This document shows, piece after piece, positions 12,232 through 22,195 of a stretch of 64,000 nt of DNA; positions within the stretch are counted from its first letter, which is position 1; every line of letters starts with the position of its first letter. Origin of the DNA: an uncultured delta proteobacterium. GTDB taxonomy: Bacteria; Myxococcota_A; Polyangia; Polyangiales; Polyangiaceae. The stretch lies in assembly GCA_963716725.1 (NCBI GenBank), contig CAVQUB010000008.1, forward strand, positions 32,001 to 96,000, read 5' to 3'. The position numbers and the translations under genes were made by a program. The notes under the pieces are model-generated. The model ran no database searches and was not told the DNA's origin. It saw only the letters and a program-made list of their open reading frames with translations.

Positions 12232-12633
12232 TCAATCGGCGGCAGTCGCTTCGAGTTCGACGAGCAGGTCGGGGAATGCGAGGCGCGCGACGCCGAGCAG
12301 GCTACCCGGCGGCTGGCATCCCGCAGCGGTCAGGCGCTTGGCGAGGACCTCATGGGCGGCGAAGAACTGATCGATGTCAGTTGTATAGATGTTCAGGCGA
12401 ACCAAACTCGAGAGGCTCATTTCGGCCTTGCGCAGCACCTCTTCGAGGTTGTCGAGGGACTGGGTGATCTGCGCTGCCATGTCCCCAGCGTGCACGGCGT
12501 TGCCCTCGGCATCCATCGACGATTGGCCCGCGCACCACACGACTCGTCCCGGCGACCGAACCTCGGTTGCCTGCGAAAAGGCCATGTTGTCCTGCCAGGT
12601 CCACGGGTTCACGTTTCGTCTTGCTGCTCCCAT
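12232..12633 (-). CDS. RidA/YjgF/UK114 family protein
   Basis: FSQA, AGQ, NLEEVLRKAEMSLSSLVRLNIY, LAFPDLLVELEATA. Confidence 0.9.
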   Translation of the reverse strand: MGAARRNVNPWTWQDNMAFSQATEVRSPGRVVWCAGQSSMDAEGNAVHAGDMAAQITQSLDNLEEVLRKAEMSLSSLVRLNIYTTDIDQFFAAHEVLAKRLTAAGCQPPGSLLGVARLAFPDLLVELEATAAD

Positions 12634-12725
12634 TTCACGTCGCTCCTTTTGGATACCGAGGGAGTGGGACGACTCCGCCCCGCGTTACAGTGAAGCCAGC
12701 GCTTTGTGTTAGGCTCGGGGGTCAA

Positions 12726-13274
12726 ATGGTCGACAGTCGGCCCATCGATGAGGCTCACATCGCTCGGCAGGTAGCCGCCGGTCGCTCCGACGCGGAAGAA
12801 GCGCTCTGCCGGGCGTTCGCGCCTAGGATTTGGGCGTATGGCGTGCGCCACCTTCGCGAGCCGAGCGACGCCGCTGACCTGGTCCAGCAAGTCCTGCTGG
12901 TGGTGCTCGAAGCGCTGCGCGCCGGCAAAGTCAGAGACGCCGAGCAGATCGGCAGCTTCGTGCTCGGCACCAGCCGGAACCTCGCGACGGACTTTCGCCG
13001 GACGAACGCCCGGCGGTCGGGCCTCCTCGAGCAGTACGGACCGGGATCGAATGACGGCGTGGTGACGCCACCCGAACCCGTCGAGACCCACCGGCTCCAC
13101 GAGTGCCTGGTGCAGCTCGGGCACACCGCTCGTCGAGTCTTGGTGATGACCTTCTTCGAAGACGCCGAGGGTCCCGAGATCGCCGAAGCCCTGCGCGTCT
13201 CGCCGGGCAACGTGAGGGTGATCCGGCACCGCGCGCTCGAGGCGCTCCGCAAGTGCATCGAGGTGACGCCTTGA
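12726..13274 (+). CDS. ECF RNA polymerase sigma factor
   Basis: Region 2: DAADLVQQVLL. Region 4: EIAEALRVSPGNVRVIRHRALEALRKC. Confidence 0.92.
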   Translation: MVDSRPIDEAHIARQVAAGRSDAEEALCRAFAPRIWAYGVRHLREPSDAADLVQQVLLVVLEALRAGKVRDAEQIGSFVLGTSRNLATDFRRTNARRSGLLEQYGPGSNDGVVTPPEPVETHRLHECLVQLGHTARRVLVMTFFEDAEGPEIAEALRVSPGNVRVIRHRALEALRKCIEVTP

Positions 13275-13837
13275 CCGGAACACTCTGCTCCTGGGCGGGC
13301 GAGGCGGCGACAATCGCCGACTATCTCGGGAGGGACCAGTCGGCTGCGGACGAGGCACGCTTCGAAGAGCACGTGTTTTCTTGTCGAGCCTGCGCCGACG
13401 AGCTGGTCAGATGGACCCAGATCGGCGCTGCAGTGGGTGCGGCCGTGCGGGCGGATCACGTGCTCGCCGTCGTCTCGCGCCGCCACGTTGACCAGCTTCG
13501 CGCTGACGCCGTGCCTCTTCAGGAAGTGAACCCGACCGGCGAAGAGGTGCACGTCGCCCTCGACCGCAGCAGGCGGCTCATCATCGCGCGCCTGCCGGGC
13601 GACTTCGGCGGGGCCGCCCGCGTCGACGTGCGCTGGTACAACGACTGGGACGGCTCGGTGACGGAGGAGCTCGGTGTGTGCCCCGACCGGCCGGACGAGG
13701 TCATCATCGCCTGCGGCACGAGCTTCTTCACCGAGGCGTCGGGCGTGCTGCGTTCACGCTGCGAGATCACCGCGGCGGACGATCCCGACAAGAAGCCGCT
13801 CGCCACCTATCACCTCGTGCTCGACGCGGGGCTTTGA
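13271..13837 (+). CDS. zf-HC2 anti-sigma factor-like protein (no TM)
   Basis: TTG overlaps the sigma stop. FEEHVFSCRAC is an HxxxCxxC motif. Confidence 0.85.
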   Translation: MTGTLCSWAGEAATIADYLGRDQSAADEARFEEHVFSCRACADELVRWTQIGAAVGAAVRADHVLAVVSRRHVDQLRADAVPLQEVNPTGEEVHVALDRSRRLIIARLPGDFGGAARVDVRWYNDWDGSVTEELGVCPDRPDEVIIACGTSFFTEASGVLRSRCEITAADDPDKKPLATYHLVLDAGL

Positions 13838-13884
13838 GCCCAGGCCTAGCGTCGCGCTAGCGGAGCACCAGCGCGCCCTCGACG
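13785..13884 (+). repeat. 100-bp direct repeat, left copy (96% identical to 16588..16687)
   Basis: Aligned by eye: 4 mismatches. Contains the anti-sigma 3' end, the palindrome CTAGCG-tcg-CGCTAG, and a remnant of the acyltransferase 3' end. Confidence 0.95.
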
Positions 13885-14055
13885 CTCTTCTCCGAGGCAT
13901 GCCGCGCGCCTCAGTCGCAGGTCGGGCGACCGCTCGACTTTCGCCATCGAGATCACCTCATTCGGCGCGCCGAGATCACCCATTTCGGGGCCTGTTCAGC
14001 GGTATCGGTGACCCCGATCGCCGCCGGATGATAGCTTGCTCGCGGAGGGCGACCC

Positions 14056-15291
14056 TTGCTACCCGCATCGCTGAACCGGATCTCGGGCGACAAACTCGAG
14101 GGCTTACTCGCGGCCGCCTACGCGATCGATCTGCCCACCGAGGAGCACCTGGCTACGATCCATGAGGCCTGGGCTCGCCTCGAGATCGATGGCGATCGCT
14201 GCGTCGCGTTTTGCTGGCACCCGGACGCCTCCGGCCAGCCGGTGGTCGAGCACCTTCGCTCGACGCCCCCCGAGCTGCTGGAGACCTTCGGGCAAGTCAT
14301 GCAAAACACCACACCGGCGGTGGTCGCGAGGATGGCGCAATCCCGGGCGGACTGCGGGTTCATGTCCCAGCACTTCCAACGCACCCGCGGCCTCCGTGCT
14401 GCACGCAACCAGGGCTACCCCGACTTCTTCGGCCTGTTGAGCCCCACCCAGACGGGCTTCGTCGTGTCGGTTGGCACGCCGATGCCCACGACCGCCAAGC
14501 AGCCCTATGCGTCGGCCGCTGGCAGAGGGCTCGCGGAGCACCTCGCCGCTTCATGGCGCTTGCGTAAACGTCTCGAAGCTCCCGACGCTTTCGAGGAGAA
14601 CGCCGAAGCCGTCTTGGCCCCCGACGGGCGGCTCCAAGACGCAGTGGGCGAGGCACGGCGGCCAGATCTGCGCGAGCGGCTTCGCGCCCACGTAATGCGC
14701 CGCGAGGTCGCGATGCGCGAGCGAGACGGCAGCTTGTGGCCCGCGCTTTTGGACGGGCGCTACACGATCGTGGACCGCTTCGAGCGATCCGGCTCGCGCT
14801 ACGTGGTGGCCTACCGAAACTCCGCGAACACGTCGCGCGTCCTGCGGCTCACCCCGTTGGAAAAACAGCTCGCGCTGGGAGTCAGCGCAGGAGTTCCCCA
14901 GAAGGTGCTCGCCATCGAGCTGGGGCTTTCGCCTTCACGCATCTCGAGTGCGTTGCGACATGCGCTTCGCAAGGTCGGCATCGCGAACGCCATCGAGCTG
15001 AGCCTGCTAGCGGCGGGCGGGGAAGTCGTCGCGGTCAACGACGAAGTGCTCGGCCCATCGATCCTCGCCGCCTATCGGCTCAACGACACCGCGGGCGCGG
15101 GCCTGCTATCCCTGACCCCGGCGGAACGGGAGGTCACGGCAGATCTACTGCGCGGCCTCAGCAACCGCGAGATCGCCGCCAAGCGCAATCGCCGCGTTCG
15201 AACCATCGCCAACCAAGTCGCGAGCGTTTTGGCGAAGGTCGGGGCTGGCTCGCGTCGCACGCTCGTGACCGCTCTCGCCGGCCGCCCGTGA
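14056..15291 (+). CDS. LuxR-type regulator with two HTH domains
   Basis: LTPLEKQLALGVSAGVPQKVLAIELGLSPSRIS and LTPAEREVTADLLRGLSNREIAAKRNRRVRTIANQV. Confidence 0.85.
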   Translation: MLPASLNRISGDKLEGLLAAAYAIDLPTEEHLATIHEAWARLEIDGDRCVAFCWHPDASGQPVVEHLRSTPPELLETFGQVMQNTTPAVVARMAQSRADCGFMSQHFQRTRGLRAARNQGYPDFFGLLSPTQTGFVVSVGTPMPTTAKQPYASAAGRGLAEHLAASWRLRKRLEAPDAFEENAEAVLAPDGRLQDAVGEARRPDLRERLRAHVMRREVAMRERDGSLWPALLDGRYTIVDRFERSGSRYVVAYRNSANTSRVLRLTPLEKQLALGVSAGVPQKVLAIELGLSPSRISSALRHALRKVGIANAIELSLLAAGGEVVAVNDEVLGPSILAAYRLNDTAGAGLLSLTPAEREVTADLLRGLSNREIAAKRNRRVRTIANQVASVLAKVGAGSRRTLVTALAGRP

Positions 15292-15352
15292 TCGAATCGC
15301 TACGGTACGGCAGGGTGAGTCAGTGGCTGATGAGTTGGTCCATCCAGCAGGG

Positions 15353-16396
15353 TCACTGGCATTTGTCGTCACCGTCGGTGCCGATCACGTTGCAGCACAG
15401 CGATGCATCCACCGTGTTGCCGATCTTGGGCACGACCCCAGCGGAGAAACAGCACTGGTCACCGGTCCAACCCGAACCGCAACTGGTTCCCGCGATGCAA
15501 CAGGGCACCCCAGGCAGGCGACTACATCGTTCCGCTTCTGAGGGCGCGGAGGCGTTCGGCAGTGCACATGTGGGCTTCTCACAGAGCCCTTTCTCGCCGG
15601 TCTTCGGGATACCGTTTGCTTTGGTGCGACACGCCAAGCCGATATTGCAGTCGAGGATGCTCTCGCACTCACTGCCCGCTGGTAGCAAACAACTCGATCC
15701 GGCGCAGACGAACCCCGGACAGCAGGGCACAGAGTCCGGACCGCCGCCGCACTTTGTGCCGTCCTTCAGCTTTCCGCACGCGAGCGGATCTGCGCGGCAT
15801 CCCGCGTGTTCGCCTTCGGACCAACACTCCGCGTCAGTAGCGCAGTAGGTGACCGCGACCTTGCCGACCTTGCCGACCTCACAATTGAAGGCGACGTTGC
15901 CTTCGCAACGTGCGGCGTAGTTCGAGTTGCAGCTGCTACCGATGCCGTCGCCCGAGCACAGCGCTACCGGGCCGATGCTCGTCTGCTGGACAGCGCAGGT
16001 TCCGAAGGCCGAGCATTCCCCAAGAAACAGCGCAAACTGGCCCTGGTATTGGGCACAGGTGATAGCGCAACCGTTGACGCACTCCCCCTTGGACTGGCTA
16101 CAGGGCGCGCTCTTCGGGCAGGTTGGCGGATACGTGGCGCTGGCACTCCCCGAGCCGCCCGCGCTGGTACCGCCCGCGCTGGTACCGCCCGCGCTGGTAC
16201 CGCCCGCGCCGGTCCCGCCCGCGCCGGTCCCGCCCGCGCCGGTCCCGCCGCTGCCGCCGCCCACGCCCCCGGTGTTCGCGCCGGTCCCACCACTCGCGGG
16301 ATCTGACACTCCGCTATCGTCGCTGGAGCAAGCCGACAACCCAAGGCCAAGGGCTGCGGCGGCCGAAAGAGCAAGGAAATGAAAGACTCGCCGCAT
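15353..16396 (-). CDS. Cys-rich lipoprotein with Gly-rich linker
   Basis: MRRVFHFLALSAAAALGLGLSAC lipobox; GTGAG/GTSAG repeats; about 30 Cys. Confidence 0.8.
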   Translation of the reverse strand: MRRVFHFLALSAAAALGLGLSACSSDDSGVSDPASGGTGANTGGVGGGSGGTGAGGTGAGGTGAGGTSAGGTSAGGTSAGGSGSASATYPPTCPKSAPCSQSKGECVNGCAITCAQYQGQFALFLGECSAFGTCAVQQTSIGPVALCSGDGIGSSCNSNYAARCEGNVAFNCEVGKVGKVAVTYCATDAECWSEGEHAGCRADPLACGKLKDGTKCGGGPDSVPCCPGFVCAGSSCLLPAGSECESILDCNIGLACRTKANGIPKTGEKGLCEKPTCALPNASAPSEAERCSRLPGVPCCIAGTSCGSGWTGDQCCFSAGVVPKIGNTVDASLCCNVIGTDGDDKCQ

Positions 16397-16587
16397 CGAT
16401 ACAGCACCCAAACGAGAGTTCATCTTTGCCTCTGTGGCGCTCCGAACTCTCGATATTCATCCCGAGCCCACCGTGCCGCCCAGCCAACGCGGAACACGAT
16501 GCGCGTCCGGCGCGACCCGCGCATGGCACGCTGCCCGGCTGCGACGGGCTGAGTCCCGACAGCTCGAGGTCGACGAGCCCGGCGACT

Positions 16588-16687
16588 CCGACAAGCAGCC
16601 GCTCGCCACCTCTCACCTCATGCTCGACGCGGGGCTTCGAGCCCAGGCCTAGCGTCGCGCTAGCGGAGCACCAGCGCGCCCTCGACG
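16588..16687 (+). repeat. 100-bp direct repeat, right copy
   Basis: Degenerate anti-sigma tail (TGA changed to CGA) plus the true 3' end of the acyltransferase gene. Confidence 0.95.
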
Positions 16688-17439
16688 ATTTCGCGAAAGC
16701 GCTTGGCGAAGCGCGCGGCCGGCGCGCCGTCGACGATGTCGTGATCAATGCTCGCGGTGAGCGCGAGGGTGTCGCGCGCCTCGATGCGTCCGTCGATCAA
16801 CCCCGGCTTCCGCGTGATGCCGCCGACCGTGAGCCCGAGCGTGTGCAGCGGGACGATGCCGACGGCCCAGCCCGCGCCCATGCCGAACATGCCGACGGAG
16901 GTCACCAGGGTGGTGCCTGCGGTGCGCTTGAGCGACCTCGGATCCCGCCTGAGCGCTCGAAAGAACGCGCGACGCAAAAAGCCCGGAGTGACGCGCGACA
17001 GTCGCATCAGCGCTCCGGAACGCTGAGCGCTCGCCGCGGGCCGGGACTGGACGCGGCGGATCTCGTCGTGCAGCTCCCGGGGTGTTCTGCGGTTCGCGGC
17101 CCGGATCACGTGCGGGATGGCGACGCCATCGCGCTCCGACTCGATCAAGGTCACCACGTCCACCTCGTCGAAGAGCACCAGTCGACCGCGCCAGTCTCGG
17201 TAGGCGTGCAGGCGCTTGTCCTCGTCGATGGCGCGCGCCAGGCTCGCGACGATGAAGGCAGTGAACGACAGCCGCTCGCGCTCGCTGGTGGCCTGAGCGC
17301 GCATGAGCGCGAGTGCGTCGGTCACGTCGAACTCGAGGATCGCGTGCACCATGTGGCGGTGGACCCCGACCTCGAGCGCATCGACGATGTCGTGCCGCGA
17401 TCTCGGGAAGGGCCTCAGCTCGAAGGACGCTGCGCTCAT
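16660..17439 (-). CDS. 2-oxoacid dehydrogenase E2-type acyltransferase catalytic-domain protein (stand-alone)
   Basis: LSFTAFIVASLARAI, GT...TSVGMFG, LTASIDHDIVDGAPAARF (DHxxxDG). No lipoyl domain. Confidence 0.88.
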   Translation of the reverse strand: MSAASFELRPFPRSRHDIVDALEVGVHRHMVHAILEFDVTDALALMRAQATSERERLSFTAFIVASLARAIDEDKRLHAYRDWRGRLVLFDEVDVVTLIESERDGVAIPHVIRAANRRTPRELHDEIRRVQSRPAASAQRSGALMRLSRVTPGFLRRAFFRALRRDPRSLKRTAGTTLVTSVGMFGMGAGWAVGIVPLHTLGLTVGGITRKPGLIDGRIEARDTLALTASIDHDIVDGAPAARFAKRFREIVEGALVLR

Positions 17440-17482
17440 GGCGCGAGGTTGCCACAGGGCGCCACGCGGCGCATCGGGTCGC

Positions 17483-20400
17483 TCACTCGGCCGGGCTCGG
17501 CAGCTCTGCTCCGCCCGCGAGTAGCGGTTCGCTGTGCCGCTCTCGCCGCCGGGCAGCCATGGCGTAGAGAACGGGGACCGCCGCGCGGCTCACGAAGAGC
17601 GAGGCGATCTCGCCCGCCATCAGCGCGATGGCCAGGCCCTGGAAGATCGGATCGAACAAGATCACCGCGGCGCCGAGCACCACCGCCATCGCGGTCAGGA
17701 GCATTGGGCGGAAGCGCACGGCGCCGGCCTCCACCACTGCGTCCTGCACCGACATGCCCTCGGCCATGCGGGCTTCGGCGAAGTCCACCAAGATGATCGA
17801 GTTGCGGACCACGATGCCGGCGCCCGCCATGAAGCCGATCATGCTGGTGGCCGTGAAGAAGGCGCCCATGGCCGCATGGGCGGGCAAGATGCCGATCAGT
17901 GAGAACGGGATGGCCGCCATCACCACCAGCGGTGTTCCAAACGAACGGAACCAACCGACGAGCAACGCGTAGATCAAGATCAGCACGACGCCGAAGGCCA
18001 GACCAAGATCCCGGAACACCTCCAGTGTCACATGCCACTCTCCGTCCCACTTCACGGCAGGCTTGGCGTCGTTTGCGGGTTGCTTCAGGTCGTAGAGCGC
18101 CAGCTGTCCGGTGGTCCCGCCGAACTTCGTAGCGTCGAGCTTCTCGAGTTCCTTGTTCATCTCGAGCACGGCGTAGGCCGAGCTCTCGGGGCCGCCTGCG
18201 ACGTCTCCCGTCACGTAGACCACCGGCACTAGGTTCTTGTGATAGATGCTCTGGTCTTCGACGGTGCGCTCCACGCGAACGAGCTCGCGCAAGGGCACCA
18301 GCCCGCCGCCGTTGCCCGAGGGCATGAGCAGCCCCAGCAAGCTGTCGGTGTCGGGGCGTTGATCGCGGGGCAGGTCCAGCATCACGGTCACGTCTTCTTG
18401 CTCTCCCGGCACGTGCACCAATCCGAGAGCCTCGCCGCCGACCGCGACCTTCACGCTAGCCGCGATGGCATCGGCGCTGATGCCGTGCAGGGCCGCCTTC
18501 TCTTTGTCGACGACCAGGCGGTGTTTCGGTTGCGGATCTTCCGCGTACCAGTCCACGTCGACCACGCCTTCAGTGCGCTTGAACAGGGAGCGCACCTCTT
18601 CGGCCAGGCGCCGTCGCGACTCGGCGTCGGGTCCGTACACCTCGGCGACCAGGGTCTGCAAGACGGGCGGTCCCGGCGGCACTTCGGCAATGGACACCCG
18701 GGCCTCGTAGCGCGCCGCGATCTCGGCCACGCGCGGCCGAATGCGCAGCGCGATCTCGTGACTCTGCGAGCTGCGGTCGTGCTTCGGCAACAGGTTCACC
18801 TGCACGTCGGCCACGCTGGAGCCCGAGCGCAGGTAGTAGTGCCGGACCAGGCCGTTGAAATTGAAGGGCGCCGCGGTGCCGGCGTAGACCTGATAGTCCG
18901 TGACCTCGGGCTCCGTACGCACGGCCGCGGCGATCTCGCGCGCGACGCGCGTGGTGCGCTCCAGCGAGCTGCCCTCGGGCATGTTGAGCACCACCTGCAG
19001 CTCGCTCTTGTCGTCGAAGGGCAACATCTTCACGCGCACGAGGCCGGTGGGCACGAAGGCCATGGCGCCGACCAAGAGCCCCGCCACACCAATCAAGAAG
19101 CCCCAACGCCAGGCGGTCTTGCCGACGAAGCGCGACATGACCCAGCGGTAGGCCCGCGTGAGCCGGTCGTCCGCGCTGCCGTGCCCTCCGCCGCCGTGGC
19201 CGGCCTTGCCGTGGGCTTTGCCACGTCCCAGCAAGCGAACGGCGGCCCAGGGTGTGACCATGAAGGCCACGACCAAGGAGAAGAGCATGGCCGCGGTGGC
19301 ACCCACCGGAATAGGCCGCATGTACGGCCCCATCATGCCGCCCACGAAGCCCATCGGCACGATGGCCGCGATCACGGCCAGGGTCGCCAAGATGGTGGGG
19401 TTGCCGACCTCGTCGACCGCGCGGACCGCCACTTCGCGCAGCGACCGACCCTGGTTCTCGGGCAAGTCGCGATGTCGCACGATGTTCTCGACGACCACGA
19501 TCGCGTCGTCCACCAAGATGCCGATGGAGAAGATCAGCGCGAAGAGCGTGATGCGGTTGAGCGTGTAGCCGGTCAGGTGGAAGACCAAGAGAGTCAGCGC
19601 GAGGGTCGAAGGAATGGCCACCGCGACCACCAACGACTCACGGAAACCCAGCATGAACAAGATCAGGAGCGACACGCTGAGCACCGCCACTCCCATGTGG
19701 AAGAGCAGCTCGTTCGACTTCTCGCTCGACGTCTCGCCGTAGTGGCGCGTGGTGGTCACGTGCACGCTGCTCGGGATCAACGTGCCCTTGACGGACTCGA
19801 GTTGCGCGAGCACTCCCGCGGCCACGTCGATGGCGTTGGTGCCCGGTCGCTTGGCCACCGAGAGCGTGACCGCCGCGGACTCGTCGGCGCTGGCCGACTT
19901 CGCGGCGCCCTTGCCGAAGAGCACGTACTGTGACGCCTCTTCGCTCGCGTCGCTCACCTGCGCCACGTCCCGCACGTAGACCGGCGCTCCCTGCTGCACA
20001 CCCACCACCACCGCGCCGACGTCCTCCGCGCTCTGGAAGAAGCCGCCGGTCTGCACCACCACGCTGCGATCGTCGGTGGTGAGCGCCCCGGCGGAGCTCT
20101 GTTCGTTGGCTTGGCGCAGCGAGCGTGCCACCTCGGCCATGCCCAGGGAGCGCGAGGCCAAGAGCGCGGGGTCCAGTGACACGCGCACCTGGCGGCGCAG
20201 CCCGCCAATCAGCTGCGTCTCGCTCACCTCGGGGATGCGCTTGAGCTCCGAGGCCACCTCGGCCGCCAAGCGACGCAGCGTGAGGTGATCGTGATCCTTG
20301 CCGTGGAAAGTGAGGGCCAAGATCGGCACGTCGTCGATGGATCGCACCTTCACCAGCGGCGGCGACACGCCGCTCGGGATGCGGTCTTGATTGGCGGCCA

Positions 20401-20758
20401 GCTTGGCGTCCAGCTTCACCACCGAGCGCTCGACGTCTTCGCCCACGCGGAAGCGCACCACGGTGAGGGATCGGCCCGGCTGGCTCGTGGTGTAGACGTA
20501 CTCGACTCCGGGGATCTCCCAGAGCAATCGCTCGATGGGGGCGGACACCCGGCTCTCCACCTCTTTGGCGCTGGCGCCCGGCATGGCGACCATCACGTCG
20601 ACCATCGGCACCTTGATCTGCGGCTCCTCTTCTCGCGGCAGGAGCACCAGCGCAAAGAGGCCGAGCAACACCGACGCTACGATGAACAGCGGCGTGAGCT
20701 TCGAGTCGACGAAGGTGCGCGCCAGGGCGCCCGCGGGTCCGAGGCCGGAGCGGCTCAC
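17483..20758 (-). CDS. RND efflux permease (AcrB/AcrD/AcrF family)
   Basis: 1091 aa; [36 protein letters not shown]. Confidence 0.96.
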   Translation of the reverse strand: MSRSGLGPAGALARTFVDSKLTPLFIVASVLLGLFALVLLPREEEPQIKVPMVDVMVAMPGASAKEVESRVSAPIERLLWEIPGVEYVYTTSQPGRSLTVVRFRVGEDVERSVVKLDAKLAANQDRIPSGVSPPLVKVRSIDDVPILALTFHGKDHDHLTLRRLAAEVASELKRIPEVSETQLIGGLRRQVRVSLDPALLASRSLGMAEVARSLRQANEQSSAGALTTDDRSVVVQTGGFFQSAEDVGAVVVGVQQGAPVYVRDVAQVSDASEEASQYVLFGKGAAKSASADESAAVTLSVAKRPGTNAIDVAAGVLAQLESVKGTLIPSSVHVTTTRHYGETSSEKSNELLFHMGVAVLSVSLLILFMLGFRESLVVAVAIPSTLALTLLVFHLTGYTLNRITLFALIFSIGILVDDAIVVVENIVRHRDLPENQGRSLREVAVRAVDEVGNPTILATLAVIAAIVPMGFVGGMMGPYMRPIPVGATAAMLFSLVVAFMVTPWAAVRLLGRGKAHGKAGHGGGGHGSADDRLTRAYRWVMSRFVGKTAWRWGFLIGVAGLLVGAMAFVPTGLVRVKMLPFDDKSELQVVLNMPEGSSLERTTRVAREIAAAVRTEPEVTDYQVYAGTAAPFNFNGLVRHYYLRSGSSVADVQVNLLPKHDRSSQSHEIALRIRPRVAEIAARYEARVSIAEVPPGPPVLQTLVAEVYGPDAESRRRLAEEVRSLFKRTEGVVDVDWYAEDPQPKHRLVVDKEKAALHGISADAIAASVKVAVGGEALGLVHVPGEQEDVTVMLDLPRDQRPDTDSLLGLLMPSGNGGGLVPLRELVRVERTVEDQSIYHKNLVPVVYVTGDVAGGPESSAYAVLEMNKELEKLDATKFGGTTGQLALYDLKQPANDAKPAVKWDGEWHVTLEVFRDLGLAFGVVLILIYALLVGWFRSFGTPLVVMAAIPFSLIGILPAHAAMGAFFTATSMIGFMAGAGIVVRNSIILVDFAEARMAEGMSVQDAVVEAGAVRFRPMLLTAMAVVLGAAVILFDPIFQGLAIALMAGEIASLFVSRAAVPVLYAMAARRRERHSEPLLAGGAELPSPAE

Positions 20759-21768
20759 TGGCGGACCTCGAGCGGCTGACCGTCGCTGAGCTGCGCGGCG
20801 TTCGTGATCACAACGCGTTCGTCGACCTCGAGTCCGCTGGAAATCTCGACGAAGCCGCTGCGTGCCCGTCCGCTGCGCACCAAGCGCAGCGCGGCGCGAT
20901 CTTCCAAGGCCACGAACACCATTTCGAGCTGGCCGCGCTGGACCAGCGCTCCTGCCGGGACCTCGAGCGCGCGGCGCTCGCCGGAGCTGAGCTCGACCCG
21001 ACCGAACATGCCGGTGCGCAGGGCGGGGTGGCTCGGCAGATCGATCTTCACCAGCACCGTGCGCGTGCTCGCCTCGGCGCTGGGGCTGATCTCGGCGATG
21101 ACGCCTTCCAGCTTTTCAGCCACGGCGTCCACGACGATTGCCAGCTTCTGCTCGGGCCGGAGCCGCGCTGCCATGGCCTCGGGCACCGAGGCTTCCAGGC
21201 GCAAAGCCGTTGGATCTTCGAGCACCAAGAGCGGACGGCCGGGCAACGCCTGGTCCCCCGCGTTGGCCAGCTTGGCGGTCACTACTCCGGAAAAAGGCGC
21301 CCGGATCACCGTGTAGCCCTGCATCACCCGCGCTTCGCCGTGCGAGGCCTCGGCGACTCGCATCTGCGAGTTGGCTCGGTCGAGCTCCGACTTCGAAATC
21401 ACGCCGCGTTGCTCCAGGCTCTTGGTTCGAGCGAGCTCGATCTTGGCTTGATCGAGCAGCGCCGATGTCTGCCGCGCCTTGGCGTCGATCTCCCCGGCAC
21501 GCAGTCGCACCAAGATGTCACCGGCCTTCACCCGACTGCCGAGCGTCACATCGAGGGTCTTGACGGTGCCCATGACGTTCGACGAGAGACTGGCGCTGGA
21601 GCGCGCGCGCACGGTGCCGACGACCTCTTGCACGACGCTGCTCTCAGCGCGGCGCGCGGGCGCGACGGTGACCGCGGCGCGCGGCAGAGCAGTCGGGCTC
21701 GGCGCTGGGGGCGCGGGCTGACACGCGGCGAACAGAGGCAGGGCGGTGAGGAACATCAGGCGGCTCAT
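20755..21768 (-). CDS. RND efflux periplasmic adaptor (MFP) lipoprotein
   Basis: Lipobox [27 protein letters not shown]. Stop overlaps the permease start. Confidence 0.93.
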   Translation of the reverse strand: MSRLMFLTALPLFAACQPAPPAPSPTALPRAAVTVAPARRAESSVVQEVVGTVRARSSASLSSNVMGTVKTLDVTLGSRVKAGDILVRLRAGEIDAKARQTSALLDQAKIELARTKSLEQRGVISKSELDRANSQMRVAEASHGEARVMQGYTVIRAPFSGVVTAKLANAGDQALPGRPLLVLEDPTALRLEASVPEAMAARLRPEQKLAIVVDAVAEKLEGVIAEISPSAEASTRTVLVKIDLPSHPALRTGMFGRVELSSGERRALEVPAGALVQRGQLEMVFVALEDRAALRLVRSGRARSGFVEISSGLEVDERVVITNAAQLSDGQPLEVRQ

Positions 21769-21812
21769 GGTTGCGACGCGCTTTCCGGGGAGTTACCCTT
21801 TGGACAGACGGA

Positions 21813-21836
21813 ACATATCACCATATAGTAATATGT
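21813..21836. promoter_or_regulatory. AT-rich imperfect palindrome, putative ArsR operator
   Basis: ACATATCACCAT|ATAGTAATATGT (10/12 symmetric). Lies between the divergent MFP and arsR genes and overlaps the arsR start. Confidence 0.7.
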
Positions 21837-22177
21837 CAATGTCGCGTCGTAGCCGTATTCGCCGCCTGGATAGCCCGATTCTGGAGAGCGTCGCCGGGGT
21901 CTTCTCGGTGCTGAGTGAGCCCACCCGCTTGCAGATCCTGCAGCTCCTGGGCGAAGGCGCCCTGAGCGTCTCGGAGATCGTGACCTCTCTCGAGATGAAG
22001 CAGGCCAATGTCTCCAAACAACTCGGCATCTTGAACCAAGCGGGCCTGGTGGGTCGCGAGCGCGACGGGTCGAACGTGCGCTACTCGATCACCGAACCGA
22101 TGATCTTCGACCTCTGCGATCTGGTCTGCGGCAAGCTGAAGAAGGACGCCGAAGCCCGCATTGCGAGCCTGAAGTAG
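21833..22177 (+). CDS. ArsR/SmtB family transcriptional repressor
   Basis: LSEPTRLQILQLL, SVSEI, QANVSKQLGIL, GLV..ERDG..VRY; C-terminal LCDLVC. Confidence 0.93.
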   Translation: MSMSRRSRIRRLDSPILESVAGVFSVLSEPTRLQILQLLGEGALSVSEIVTSLEMKQANVSKQLGILNQAGLVGRERDGSNVRYSITEPMIFDLCDLVCGKLKKDAEARIASLK

Positions 22178-22195
22178 CGGGGGTAGCATCGGGGC

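Noticed and set aside
16434..16652. 72-aa ORF ending in an anti-sigma-like tail
   Set aside because: Explained by the degenerate right repeat copy with its stop codon lost; no evidence that it is a gene.
13785..16687. Integron attC cassette or IS element
   Set aside because: No RYYYAAC/GTTRRRY ends, terminal inverted repeats, transposase or integrase. Kept only as a direct-repeat-flanked cassette.
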